Shown here: one piece after another, positions 1-12,692 of the stretch
How positions within the stretch are numbered: the first letter of the stretch is position 1
How the letters are laid out: the number at the start of each line of letters is the position of its first letter
Assembly (NCBI GenBank): GCA_010093705.1
Contig: MU006100.1
Coordinates: 594,745-658,744, forward strand
Reading direction: 5' to 3'
DNA from: Patellaria atrata CBS 101060
Taxonomy: Eukaryota
DNA: 64,000 nucleotides
Notes under the pieces: model-generated
Databases searched by the model: none
Told to the model about the DNA's origin: nothing
The model's input: only the letters and a program-made list of their open reading frames with translations
Position numbers and translations under genes: made by a program

Positions 1-1641
1 GCCTGTAACTTTAAATCAGCAGAGTTCCTGTACGATTAGACTCAGTATTCATATCTCTAGTGGCCCTAAGGTTTAACATAAGTTGAAGGAGTTCATACCG
101 TCAGATTTGCTTCTCATAGGATGATAAGTACCTCCTCGATCAACTCTTACGAGTAAGCGTCGCGTGCTATACATCAAACATTGACTTACCCTCTTAATGA
201 GAGCTGCATTATCCACAGGCCTCGAGTCGATCAACGCATAAGCACCTACGGTCGTTAGAATTCCTAGGTTATATGATGTATTAAAAGCAGCCTAGAAACT
301 TAGCATCGCGACAGCACGGTCGAATTAATGCTTACTTTGACAATAATTGGTATGCCATGTAAAGGTCTTCTAACCTCTCCTTTAGCGTGCTCTTCATCTC
401 AAACTTTGGCGGTATGCATTAATTGCTCCCTCGGCGCCAGTGATGGCCGTGGATTGGATTCAGGTGGATCTGGACTGGATTTTCAACGCGATTTGACGTG
501 GATTTGGATTCGATGCTCAAAAAATCCAGGAAATCCAGATCCATATTATAGTTGTAGATATCTTAAAAAAAATGGTGTTGTAGGTGTTGTTTTGGGTAAT
601 GTAATGGGGGAAGTAGGCCAGAGCATCAGCCATATGGTGCTCTCTGCTTGAGTTTTGACTGTAAATCTCCCAAACCAAATCTTCAAAATTCCTAAATCTA
701 TTGTATACCAACTATCTCATCTCTAATTGATATGAACCGCTTTGTTACTACTCGTTCGTCTGCCCGGGCTGCCGTACCATCGAAGAAGCTTAGAGAGACT
801 CTAGAGGATGATACAGAAGCTCTTCGGCCTACCAAAAGACCTCGTCGTCAGAAGGGGTCGAAGATTCAGCATACTCAGGCTACAGCCGAATCTTCGACTA
901 GAGAGCCGGAGGAAGGTCCGGCTGGTGATGCTGAGAGCGGTGGCGAATCTTCCCATCAATTTCCTGAATATATCGAATCCTCAGAGTCCTCCGACGAGAT
1001 CCCTCACCCCACCTCCCCCCAGAACGAATACGGATCCGCAGCAAGTGGTATTTAAAGGGCTCGGGGGCTACAATGGTAGATCGGAAGAAGAAGAGGACGT
1101 CGCATATATGGTCAAAAGGCTACGAGATTATTAGCGAGGTCAATAAGAATTCGTATTTCTACTGTACGTTGTGTCTTGATATCAAGAAGGACTTTACGTA
1201 CGAGCCAATCTAGATCTATAAAATCTCTAAAATCATCCCGATCGCCCCGGGATAGCTGAGTGTTAGTAGGTACTCAAAACGGACGAACACCTATACTCAA
1301 GCACTTCGAACGGGCCTATCGAATAGAGGAACGGATTCCTCATACAAAAAATCATGGATTTGATGGATTTGGACTGGATTTGGATTGGATTAGAGGCCAA
1401 GACCTGGACTGGATCTGGATCAGGGGTCGATCCAGTCCAGATCCAATCCACGGCCATCACTGCTCGGCGCTGCTGGGATCATAGTTCGCAACTTTGCACC
1501 TGAGGAGTTATGTTCTGAGATTTGCTGAAGATATCCCTCAATGATCTCCATGCTCGTCAGCCTGCCAGTTGCCAATAAGGCCTGAAGGGATGAAGGCGTT
1601 GCAGTGAGGACATCAAAAGGATCATTTTTCGAAACGGTCAT
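1..1641 (-). pseudogene. Amidase-signature family pseudogene, interrupted by a hAT element; runs off the left end of the window
   Basis: Exon 1 from ATG 1641 reads MTVSKNDPFDVLTATPSSLQALLATGRLTSMEIIEGYLQQI...PAAP. Removing 438-1470 (element plus one TSD copy) rejoins it in frame to REQLMHTAKV*DEEHAKGEVRRPLHGIPIIVK (the amidase LHGIPxxVK motif). Later intron-separated pieces read TTVGAYALIDSRP and LIIL*EANLT. There are in-frame stops (e.g. 399-401). Confidence 0.85.
438..1462 (+). mobile_element. Non-autonomous hAT-superfamily DNA transposon (internal deletion derivative)
   Basis: Perfect 22-bp TIR CAGTGATGGCCGTGGATTGGAT at both ends. 8-bp TSD CTCGGCGC at 430-437 and 1463-1470. Subterminal TGGAT/TGGAC repeats. 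Relic BED-finger-like peptide inside (RTSHIW...YCTLC...TQNGRTPILKHFERAY). No DDE core seen. Confidence 0.92.
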
Positions 1642-2897
1642 ATGTACTGGGAGGAGCAAGATCGTGAATCTCTTTCGAAGTTTCGGACGCTCTATTACTT
1701 TCCACTCCCTCAAAGAAAGATATAACGTTTTCCGTAGAAAAGACTAGAACAATTTACGGAAGATCAACCGTCATGTAATGTGATAACGGAAGTGATAACT
1801 GACCTGGGAAGAGTTTTTTGAGTGCAAAATCAAACTATTTTATGCAATGTAGTACAGGCCGCGTTCGAATTAACCCCCTCCCGTCCTCTTCTGTTGCCTC
1901 CTTTGTTCTTGTTCTTTCATAACTACTCGATTGGATTCATACCTAACTGTCGATTGCATCCCACAATCTCAAAATGCCTTTTTCTCCAGGATAAAGCTGC
2001 GCCTACGGTTGTTTACTTAGCCATTTTAGTCTATCTTTTGCAACTTTGCTAACTTTTGCTTGTAGACCCGAAACTAGGGGTGGTATACATGCCGACATCC
2101 ATCAATGGGAAGCTCAATGAGAGAGCGGAGATATTTGTCTTCAGTTTTCGGGATGGCTCACTCTTCTTTACATCCCGAACATCGAAGAGAATGTTGATGC
2201 CTCAAACATTCAAATTCCATCAGGGTAGAGCGCAACAGGCCACTCTTCAAAATCGTTACCGTTTTCAATCCCCTGAGAGCGCACATAAACGGGACAACAC
2301 TACTGCCAACCACCCTTTCGGTCAAAATTCTTCTCAATAGTAGATCATACATGGAGGATCGTTCACACTTGGGGCTATAGTTCTAAGAACCCTAGGAAAT
2401 GGCATTGGTTGATACTATCAAACTCGCATCTCGGTCTAGACGCGCGAAACAAAAGATTATTTTTACTCTTACGTCAGAGCAACTGTATGGCTTCGAAGAT
2501 AGCAATGGAAGACTCCATTCCAAGTACTCCATACTATAGAAGTATTCGGACGTTCCATTACTTACCTTATAACTCTATTGTTGGATAGAGAGCTCTTCGG
2601 CGAACTCTTTTAGGAAATTCGGCGATGCCAGTATCTGATTGGTCGGACACCGGCTCGGCTTAGCCCGCCCATGAATGTATACCAAACCTTTCGTCTGGAT
2701 ATTTCGTCTACTATTCACTGTACTTCAAGTATTTATGGGCATGTATTTATATTTCCTTTCTCATTACCACTAATGTTCCACCAGTATTTGAGGAGGTTAC
2801 AAAATCTTCTTTTTTGTTCAAAAGTGTTTAGTATTTTGAAGCGGAATTCCGTCGAACTCGCCATATTTTGCTATATCTAATCCCCTTCGAGACCAAG

Positions 2898-4626
2898 ATG
2901 AAATCGCCGAAGTTGCGTAAAAGATCATATCGCATTTTCCGTCCTAGTAATACCCGAGATCCATGCACTGAGTTGAGGTTCTCACCGCCAGCTGATTCGG
3001 ACGATCTTTATGACGCTCTTAGGAAGGAATATCCTGAGGGTAAATCCCATGACGTTCGAAAGCGGCTAGCAATTTTGACCCATATCAGGAATGAGAGTAT
3101 GGAAGATCTTGCGAAGGGTTTAGTCTCGGATAAAGATGCAATATCCAGAAATATTAACGTCGAGGCCGAAAAGGAAAGGAGCTCCACGTCTATCTCAACC
3201 ACGATCGATAATGTCTTTCACCCGAATACTGGAAGCCAGAACTTAGAATAAGACGCTTTACGACTATTTTCTGACGATATTCACGCAGCGAGTTCTGTAC
3301 ACTCCAAGATTAAAAGTTCAGTCTCTGAAATCACGAACTTGGGCGCGAGAAATTCCTTTCAAATTCCTACTAGTGCTGATGGCATCGTAAGCAATCAGAA
3401 TACTGACCTTTTTACTAGACCTCAAATTCTGGTGCAGAAACCGTTGGTACCATCACGTGAAGAAAATCAATATCGAAAACTGTGAGCCAACCTCTAAGGC
3501 GGAAAACCTCGATTCACTCTCTAAGGCAGAAAGCCTCGGCCCAGGCTCCAGCACGCAAACCCTCAACCCAGCTTCATCAATTAGAAGGTCCCGAAACTGA
3601 AAAGTTACCCGAATGGATGCATCAAATGAGTAGTGTGTGGCGTGCTTCAGACCCTGCGCCAGGGGAATTACGTCGAAAGCGTCCCATGAACGCAGCTGAA
3701 AGAGCACAGTATCGGAAAAAACGTAAAACAGGCGCCTGTAATGAATGTAAGCGGAAGAAGATAAAGGTAATTTATATTCCCTCAATCAGTTCCTTGAGAG
3801 GACTATGGCCTAATTCCAATAGTGCAAGCATGAGTTCACCTTGGATCCTGAATCTGCATCGGAGCCCGGGTCCGTATCTACCATGGGGAATACGTCGAAG
3901 CCTAATTTGGCATCAGTACCTCGTCAGGAATCAGAAAGCGAACTTAGATCAGAGCAGCTATTTGGAGCATACCCTGAACCGGTTTTAGAGCACACACCGT
4001 CAAGCGATTTACCCTGCCGTAGTTCCCCCGGAGATTATCTCGCGGTTTCTCCAAGGTATCAAACCTCTACTTCTCCTGGAGTATCTTTTCCGGGACATAT
4101 GGATTGGAACGGATGTGAATTCCTCAGTTTTCCCGAAGATTATACCCGCACTCGCGGAAGATATCCTCACGAAGAAGACTACGATGTGTCTGCTGTGAGT
4201 TTCTCTTCTACCACGATTCCCCCGGAAACCTATACTCTACCTCCTTCCAATTTCTTAAGCATCAGTCCCCAGCGATATGAGTTCTTTGACTATTTCCCCG
4301 ACAACATACCGTGTTCGACTGGCCTCGTAACTCACTTGGAAAAGTTACCCCCACTAGCCTCTAAATCCCCCCCATCAACTTCCATGTCGAATTCACCAGC
4401 CGCCACTATATGTTCAGGAGCTAAGATACCTGGGGGAACTGCACCTGCGGAAGCTGGGAAACCTGCGAGAGCTGAAGCTGGGGGAGCTGCGATGCCCACG
4501 AGAGCTAAGGCTGCGAGATATGTGATGCCTACCGGTCCCGGGATCTTTGAAAGTGCCTCTATTCGTGGTCAGCTGAGCACAGAGATCGAAAAATTGGTAA
4601 CTGCCACCAGAGCCCTCACTACGTAA
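2898..4626 (+). pseudogene. Degenerate fungal protein gene with a partial Zn-cluster-like motif (putative transcription regulator)
   Basis: N-terminal FSPPADSDDLYDALRKEYP block. In-frame TAA at 3249-3251 and a frame change before about 3482. Splicing intron 3767-3822 gives RKKRKTGACNECKRKKIK|CKH, in frame with ORF 3841-4626. Confidence 0.5.
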
Positions 4627-6362
4627 CCGAGTGGTCATGAAACTAGAAACTCCTAAAGTCGAACTTAATAAAACCATAGCGCCAAAATACAGCCAAAATG
4701 TCGTTATTCTAGGGTTACCGTAATTCATGACGTTTGTACCGGATGCTTCCACCTGACATGTCGTTATAGACTGGACGAAGGAGGGGAATAGGATGGTAGC
4801 AGGATTAGGAATTTTCTCTACGACCGAATTCTGAAACTTTCTGGGAAGCAAATTCCTCATCATATATACAGCAATCACTGATCCAATTCATTACTGGCTT
4901 GATAGGAGGTAACCTGACAGATGCAACTGCACTTAATCGATCGGGCGAGACGAGGGTTCTAAACTTGGACTTAAAGGTTTGTTTCCCGATGGAGATATTC
5001 CTATTTCCATGTTATGCACCAAAGTCACAGCGCTGGCAAGCGACCTATGATGAACAAGCTGCACATAGAATTGATATCCCATTACTCTTATGAAGAAGAC
5101 TGGATGCTACAGAACAGGGACTGGTCAAATTGACGGCTGACTCAGATCCACGGAAACCAGCCCCGTCCCATTCAAATTTTCCAATGGACCTTCCCTATAC
5201 TCTACCACCGTTGCGAACCCTCAACCCACGAAACTCAACAGCCTGCGCATCAGAGATACCGCGCCCACGAACTTGCACTAGGACTTCGCGCACGGGGGCG
5301 ATTGTTTCACTCTCTAAGCCACTCACATAAACATGTCTCTTTGTATCCACGTCTATGAGCGCAGTGTCTCCAAACTAAGAAACAGCAAGTTCATGACTTA
5401 TGAAAGATTTCGCGGAGCTAATCTGGTCTCAAAGAATATCATATTCTAAGGGCAGGAAAAACAGATCCCATCGGGTGCAACTATTGCTCGCTCAACGCGA
5501 ATATCAAGGGGTCGGAAAAGATATACAGAGGCTAGATACAACCTTACCACACGACTCATCACAATAGAATCGCAGCAAAAACTATTGGAATCCAAAGGTA
5601 AGAAATCCTCCCCATTGGCCACCGCTTCAACAAAAGATGAACGTGGGGAAAATCAAGCCTCCAAAAAATCTAGGTATTTCAAGCTAGTTTAATATATCCT
5701 AAACTATCATACGAAGTTTTGACCACAAACTAGGTCTAGCACATCGATTTGAGCTTGCCGAAAATTGCTGCCGAAGATAAAAACCTGGGTTTTGCTTGCC
5801 GATTAAAGTTTCTGACTTCAAGAACTGGAATGCGAGTTGTTCTGAATGTCTTGATCTCTTATTAGGTTCTCATTCTAGATATTGCTTGACTCCAAGGGCT
5901 GCTTTTAAGGAAATATTTCGTCATGTGAACTTGGTTTTACCGGCCAATATACAGTATGCTCCCGATCCTCCACCACCACAAACAAAGTCTCACTCCTCAT
6001 ACTAATTGCCCTTGAGGTTCTCTTTTATCGTATCCATTCAACCTATCGGTATACTAATGTGTACTTCCCTAGAAACCCTTTAATGTTAATGGGGTTGAAA
6101 ACCGCTTGCAATCTCGACATCATTGGGAGTAGATCCATTCTGCTCTTCCCATCCTTATTTGACACTATGAGCATACATTATGAGATATGAGCATCTTGCC
6201 ACCTTCCGTGGACTCTCACTTGGCCTCGATTGATATAAAATCCACAGCTCAACCTCAAGGTATAAAATCGTAGTTGTCGCTCAGATTTCCAAGTCTTCCC
6301 GGCAGAAGAAACCGTCACGCAGCGCAGTTCGAGAATCGAGTTAAAGTTCACTTTCGGGCGAA

Positions 6363-7298
6363 ATGCACTTCAGCAACCCTTCATTAGCAGCCTAGCTGTC
6401 CTCTCCACCCTCGTTCTCCCTGCCTTCACCGTCCAACTTGAATCTGTGTCCAACTGGGGCGCCAATCCAGCCAACATCCAAATGAACATCTACCTCCCTG
6501 ATCATCTCGCTACCAGCCCTCCCGTCATCCTCGCTGTAACACGCCCCTCTCCTTTCTTCCTCCTAACTTAAAAAGCTAACCAAAGTCCTCAGATGCATCC
6601 CTGCGGCGGTAACGCACAGCAATACTTCCAAATGACGCGTCTCCCTTCCTACGCCGACCCCCTCGGCTTTAGCCTAATCTACCCGCAAACTCCCCACTTC
6701 AGCAACTGCTGGGACTGCTACGACGCCAAAACCCTCCTTCGCAACGGCGGCGGTGACTCCACCGGCCTGGCCGCCATGGTCAACCACACCCTTGCCACCT
6801 ACGACGGCGACCGAGCCCGCGTCTTCGTGACCGACTCCTCCGGCGCCGTGATGACCTCCGTCATGGCGTCCACGTACCCGGATCTCTTCGCGGCGGGATC
6901 CGCCTTCTCGAGCGTCCCGACCGGCTTCTGGAAGGGCGCGCCGCGGGCGACGCCCTTTAGTGCCGGCGTGTCGTGTTCGATGGACCGGAAGACGCTCTCG
7001 GGGCGCGAATGGGGAACCCTCGCCCATGCCGGGTACCCCGGGTACAATAGCACGAGGCCCCGCATGCAGATCTGGCATGGGCAACGTGGATACGCTGGTT
7101 GTGATTAAGAATCTGGCGGACCGGTTAGCGCAGTGGGCGGATGTGTTTAGGGTGCAGTGGACCCAGAATAGTACGGATACGCCGCTGGAAGGGTATACGG
7201 AGATGGTGTATGGAAACGGGTCTAGGTTGCTCGGGTATAGAGCCCAGGGCGTCGGACACATTGCGCCGTTTCAAGAGGAGAGTGTGTTGAGGTTTTAG
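6363..7298 (+). pseudogene. CE1 acetylxylan/feruloyl esterase (PHB-depolymerase-like) pseudogene
   Basis: Motifs WGANPANIQMNIYLPD, intron about 6536-6592, MHPCGG, NCWD, RMQIWHG and GVGH are present. Lesions: a frameshift/stop in the signal peptide (about 6393), nucleophile motif eroded to VTDSSGAVMT, and a frameshift at about 7080 (the WHG-NVDTLV continuation is in another frame). Confidence 0.8.
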
Positions 7299-7851
7299 GG
7301 GTTGAATCAGGTGAGCGATATGGTGGGTTGCCACGGTGGCAGGATGATGGTTTATTGTATCCGGTATCGAAACTGAAGTAACAGATATTTGATGGGAGCT
7401 TGGGGGGAGGTTGTTCCCTCACATCTCTCACAAAATCCTCGCTCGCGGCTTGTGGTCACCTCGTGTTAATATACCCCAGCTTTGCTGCTATCCTCCACTT
7501 GTGGCACTTTGCGTCTCTTAACTTTATCCCAACCCGGACGTAACACACTTGGAACAGTAACCCAGTCTCAGAGCGCTCTTCATTCCTCCTAATACGGCGG
7601 GCGTGCTCAATCCTCGTTTTTCACATCCATCATCACTTTTGGGACTTGTGTTGGTTGAAATGTGCTGTCTTTTGAATTGGTATGATGTTGATACGGAGAA
7701 ATGTGCGGCTAGTCCGTCTTCAGCACATACAACTCGCGAGAGAAGTTGTTAACTTGTCTAAATCAGCCCGATATAAACGTGGATCTACAATCGAAACAAT
7801 AGGTATAATATCCTATTCGATTAGCTCTCAACTACATATACTGTACTTCCA

Positions 7852-9489
7852 TCATAACCTCCAACCCCTCGGATGTCTCTTCCTCAGCGTCCTATTCCCC
7901 TTCAACGTCTCCCACCCCTGGATCTCATCCAGCGTGAGCACATACTCACTCTCGTAAATCTACCAACGGTTAGTAAACCCGACCACATCCAATCGACCAT
8001 TTAGAAGTATTTACTCACCTTTTTCAGGACTTCGATAGAGTTCCACTCCGCATTATTGATAAACGTGTCTCCCCAAACAGCAAACCACAGCCAGTGCGTC
8101 TCATACGCCTGCAGCAAATCGGGATCAGGCGCTGCGCCGACCTCGGTAGCCGCGATGAGCTTCTTGTCTTTCCCGAGCTCGACTAGTTGGTTGTACTGCG
8201 TTGACATGGGCTATAGCAAACATCAGCACCAGATCGAAGGCCTCCAATAACGACTTTCCAGCTATTTTGAAATCACACTTACACCATGACCCTGCGCATA
8301 TACATCCGCGCTCAAAATATCCACCGTCTCGTCCCCGGGATACCAGTCCGGCAACACCGAATTCCACACCCAAACCAGGTTATTAAGCCGATGGTAGTCC
8401 GTCAATCTCTCATACAGAATCCCCCACAGTTTCTTCGCTGGCTCCGCTCCTTTAGCGCCCCACCAGAACCAGCCTCCCTCGGCCTCGTGCAGCGGCCTGA
8501 ACAGAACCGGGATATCTGCGTCCTGGAGACGCTTGAGCTGGACGGCGATGGCGTCGATGTCCCGGATCAGGAGCGTGTAGTTCGCGTTGGTCGTGTCGGC
8601 GAGTGCGGCTGCGATATCGAAGTCCGTGGCGCGGGTGTAGAAACCGCTCCACCAGGGGTTCTCCTCCGTGTCGTAGAGGCCCGTTGGGGCATTCCAGTGC
8701 CAGAGGACGGAGATGATACCGCCTTTCTTTGCGTGGCTGATGGCGTCTTCGATGGCGGTGGAGGTGGTGCCGTGCTCCACGCGCGAGGGTGAATAATCCA
8801 TCAGATCGACGGAAACCAGGGCGGGAGTCTTTCCGACTCTTTCGGCGATCCAGTTGGCCCAGGAGAGATCTTGCTGGCCGGAAAGGATCTTCTCGCCGTA
8901 GATCGAGATGAGGTAGCGGTAGAGCGCAACTGTTTTTGAGCTGGCTTTGGAATTGACGAGAGACGAGCTGATACTGTGAGGTGCGCGAGGCGGAGACGGC
9001 GTCAAGGTGATCGAGTCGATGAGATACCATCCCCAGTTACTGACGATGTCCAGTGTGTTTGCTCCCTCGTTTAGCAGAACCTGGCCAGCGGAAACGTCGG
9101 TGAAGGCGTCGGTGGCTGGGAAGTACACTTCGCTGCTTGCGCCGCCGTTGACGACTACATATGTTCGTTTCTCCCCGTAGATACCAGCGTAGCGGATCGA
9201 CAGATCGTAAAGCTTTACGCTATCGCTTGAGACGGTGAAGGTGATTTTGTCAGCGGACTCGTCGAAACCCGTGGCATATCCAGTTCCTGTAAAATAAGTC
9301 AGAATCGGACCATCCATAAAAACGACTACAGATCGTTTTGGCACAATGCATCGTACCAGAGTAGCCGGCGACTGCCGTATCCACGGTGGTCCCACTTGGA
9401 GTAGCATCTTCTGCTTCGAGAGTTATCTTCTGTGCTGCAACGATCGCTGCGAAACAGCTAAGAGCAATCTTGAGCCTTGAAACTAGCAT
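7852..9489 (-). CDS. Secreted GH26 endo-beta-1,4-mannanase with N-terminal CBM35-like module
   Basis: Signal peptide MLVSRLKIALSCFAAIVAA. EAED...NWGWYLID CBM region. GH26 motifs WHWNAP, FRPLHEAEGGWFWWG, WYPGD and AATE. Introns 9356-9287, 8282-8211 and 8018-7960 give a continuous frame to TGA 7852-7854. Confidence 0.93.
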
Positions 9490-12400
9490 TTTTGTCAGTC
9501 GCCTCAAACGAAACTATCACTGATACGACTACAGAGGTACTGACGACGAGAAAAGCAGCTATATATGAATTGAAGAAACAATGACTCGCGACATGGTAGA
9601 GAGATATAAAATGTAAGGGCGTGTCCCTAATATTTGCTCAATTAGACTACGGAAGAATTGAAGTATAGTGTGAAGAATAGATTATCCCAAGCACTTAAAA
9701 GTTGAGATCTTGGGTAGAGCCGCATTCAAAACCTGGTGTAAGGTGGCCAGAAGAAGCTCTTACCCTTGTTCTAGCCCTCCAACTAGAGAGCGGAATAAGC
9801 TTTCCGCAACAGAGGCCCGCCGTAACGCCGGCTTTATTTAAATTCAACATTGTCTATAACATGCTTAAATGATGGAATCTAAAAACACTGGGAATTTTTC
9901 TTGAAAATCTGTCGCGGCGGAAACCCTTCACCATGATACCTTTATGATAACTATATCAGTAGGAAATATGACCTTAACAGACAGATTTTCTGATAGAATG
10001 CATCGCCCATCCCTATAGCGACTGAAAGTTGGAGAGATACCTAAAACGAGGGAGTAAGCTTTGCGTTAGATTTGGTTTTAGGGAGCCTGAGATGTTTGCA
10101 CATCCAGCGTTAAGAGAACGTTTTACTGGCTCTATAAGGTAGAACTATCGAAAATAGTTTATGCAATAGATCGTAGTTTCTTCATAGAGTTAAGATATTG
10201 ATACTACGTTGAATGCGGAATTCATCTACTTGATCTTGATCTTAGACCATAACTCATACGGAAGAAAACTGCAACTTGACCTTCGACTCTAGTAATACAT
10301 GTAACCTTGAGCTATGACGTCTGTAATGTGAGATTGTCGATCCTGCTGTATCCCCTGGCCCCTGTCTACCTATATAGTAGATCCGTCTACCAGGTGATGT
10401 AGTACCCGACTGTGCTCGGACGATGTAAAAACTAAATAAACGTGGGAAGGAGGGGAGTGAGTATTCTTGGCAATAGAGAGAGAGATATCACATCCGAATG
10501 ATCGATGCCCCCACCCTTCACTAGACCGCAGATCATGGGGGTTTTACTCTTTTACTCATTATCATTAACCTAACGACGTCACGAAGGAGCGATTTTGCGC
10601 TGATCGAAATGTTGCGCTCGAAATGAATACTAGAATCGACTGATAAATAACAGCTGCGAAGAGATGCATGTTCTTACTTTTGAGCGGCGGACTGGCTAGC
10701 TAGGTGAAGGATACTGCCGAAGAGTATTGACAAGCACTGCTTCGGACCCCGAGCAAACAGAGATGACTGAAGATGCTAAAGAAAGTATTTTGAGGAAAAC
10801 TGTAGTGAGTGTTTGTACCTGAGCAGTCGGTTCGTTATTCAGGTCTGGAGAGAGTAATAGAGTGGGCAAACGATGTGCATTTCAATATTATCCGAACAAC
10901 GGAAATTGCCGTACTTGTACGGTACGTCAAGCTTGTGCCATGTGATATTTGACAATGTGCTCGATTCCCTTTGGATCCGTTGATATACGAAAGGTAACTT
11001 GCTCAATTTGAGATGCCGTCGCGTAGTCGGCACTCCCGATGAAGCTGTACAGTGCTTCTAGAGAACCGATCGGTATGAGATCGAGAATGCAAAGAGTGTT
11101 AAGACCTGTCCACGGTCACGCAGGTTCCTGCATGTCGAATCTAAAACTTACCCAATAGAAAGGTTTAAGAATCAGAGAATCAGAGAAAAACATAGAGCAT
11201 AATTGTAACTTGCATGACAGGCTCCATCAGTCTTAACTCCAGGTCGACGGTCATACCTCGAGGGTTACCATACCGCAGGAGAAACTGACAGAAAATCATA
11301 GTAAAGGTTGGCTTACTAATCTTGCTGGATGCCGCGGCTTTTCGGCCTGTTCACCTCATGGGGACATGGTCATTCAAATAGCTGTATCCAGGACAAAGGT
11401 AAGTCAAGGAGGGCCTCACAATCTTACAGGAACGCATGGAACTCAATCAATTGCTGTCTCCAGGGTAAGCAGAGACCTTCTCGACCTCAAGTCTAGAGTC
11501 AGAGTAGCTGAGAAACGGGAGCAGCCATGTCTGTTTGAGCAGGAGATGATGATATAGAATGGTCGAAGCGGATATGTCGTCTTTGACGCCTCTCGGACAA
11601 CATTTGGAAGTGGCAAGAGCGCGACAAGTTATCGATCTCGAGGAGGGGTGCTGGTATGTACGCATAGGTCATGGCGCCGTGATTTTGAGCTCTTTCCATG
11701 TTCGCCTAAGATAACCGTTGGTGATCGAATTTCAAGGGCCATGGAACTCGGCCGGTCGATAGAGCAGTGTTTTTCCAAATGTCCATATAATCGTGCTTGC
11801 CACTTGAGGCAGGACAGTTGCCTGTATCCATGGATGGAAGGCGTGACCGGTGCAAGGGGGGAAACCGTGCGGAGAAGAAAGGAAGATGAGCATGATGAGA
11901 GGGAAGTCCTGGAAGCGCAAGGTCCGATAACGATTTTGCGCTCTTGGTATTCTTGGGACTCTTGGCGGTTGCTGGCCTTCCTTGAAGTTCCAAGGGTTCC
12001 TTCCTCTCTTGAAGGGCAGGAAGTCGCTGCGAGATAGTTTCCGCCTTGTTGCCTTCCATGAATAGTTTAGCCTGATAGAGCTCTTAATAAACATTTACTG
12101 CTTTTACCATCATCTCCCTCAGCCGCCGCTCTATACACCCCTCACATACTCTATCTTTCCCACCGGCGCTTCAACGTCGGCCAAGCTGGGTGCATATCTA
12201 TCGTCAGGGCATGATTCGCCATTCTATTCATGCTCATTCGTTTCTCTCCGATCTTCTATGCCGTTCGTACATTGTACCTGCCGTGTTACCAAGGGCCATC
12301 TTGGATGCTGTGCAGCACCGATAGGTAAAGCCCTGCAACGGGACCTACCTCGTTGGGTAGAGTCTCGTCCGACAGGAACACAAGATGGCAAGAAAATATC

Positions 12401-12692
12401 AGAAACATCCTTGCCTTCTGGTCGCCTAAGCTTTGATATCACTGCATCATAGCTCCCCGCATCTCAGTTCGTTCACAGTTCACAGACCGCGGCAGTACAG
12501 TTTCCAGGTGCAAGAATCCAGGCTCGTTCGTATCCTGACTATCAGCTTACTCTATTGCCTCATTGATGCTGGTTGTAATGTACTTTGGGAATTGGCTGCT
12601 GAAGATCCCTTCCCGGTCTCGAGGGAATATAAAAAGAGCAGGCCTGTCTCCCTTGCTCATTCCCACTTTACACTTTTTCGAGCATTCTCAAC

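Noticed and set aside
732..1484. ORFs 732-1055, 808-1134 and 1260-1484 as host genes
   Set aside because: They lie inside the hAT element and are transposase 5' relics or subterminal-repeat translations.
4414..4878. 154-aa minus-strand ORF with a hydrophobic stretch
   Set aside because: It overlaps the 3' end of the plus-strand gene and has no motif or splice support.
8286..9030. Long antisense or alternate-frame ORFs over the GH26 gene (similar ones over M28, SRP68 and CE1)
   Set aside because: These are shadow ORFs caused by GC-rich codon bias of the real genes.
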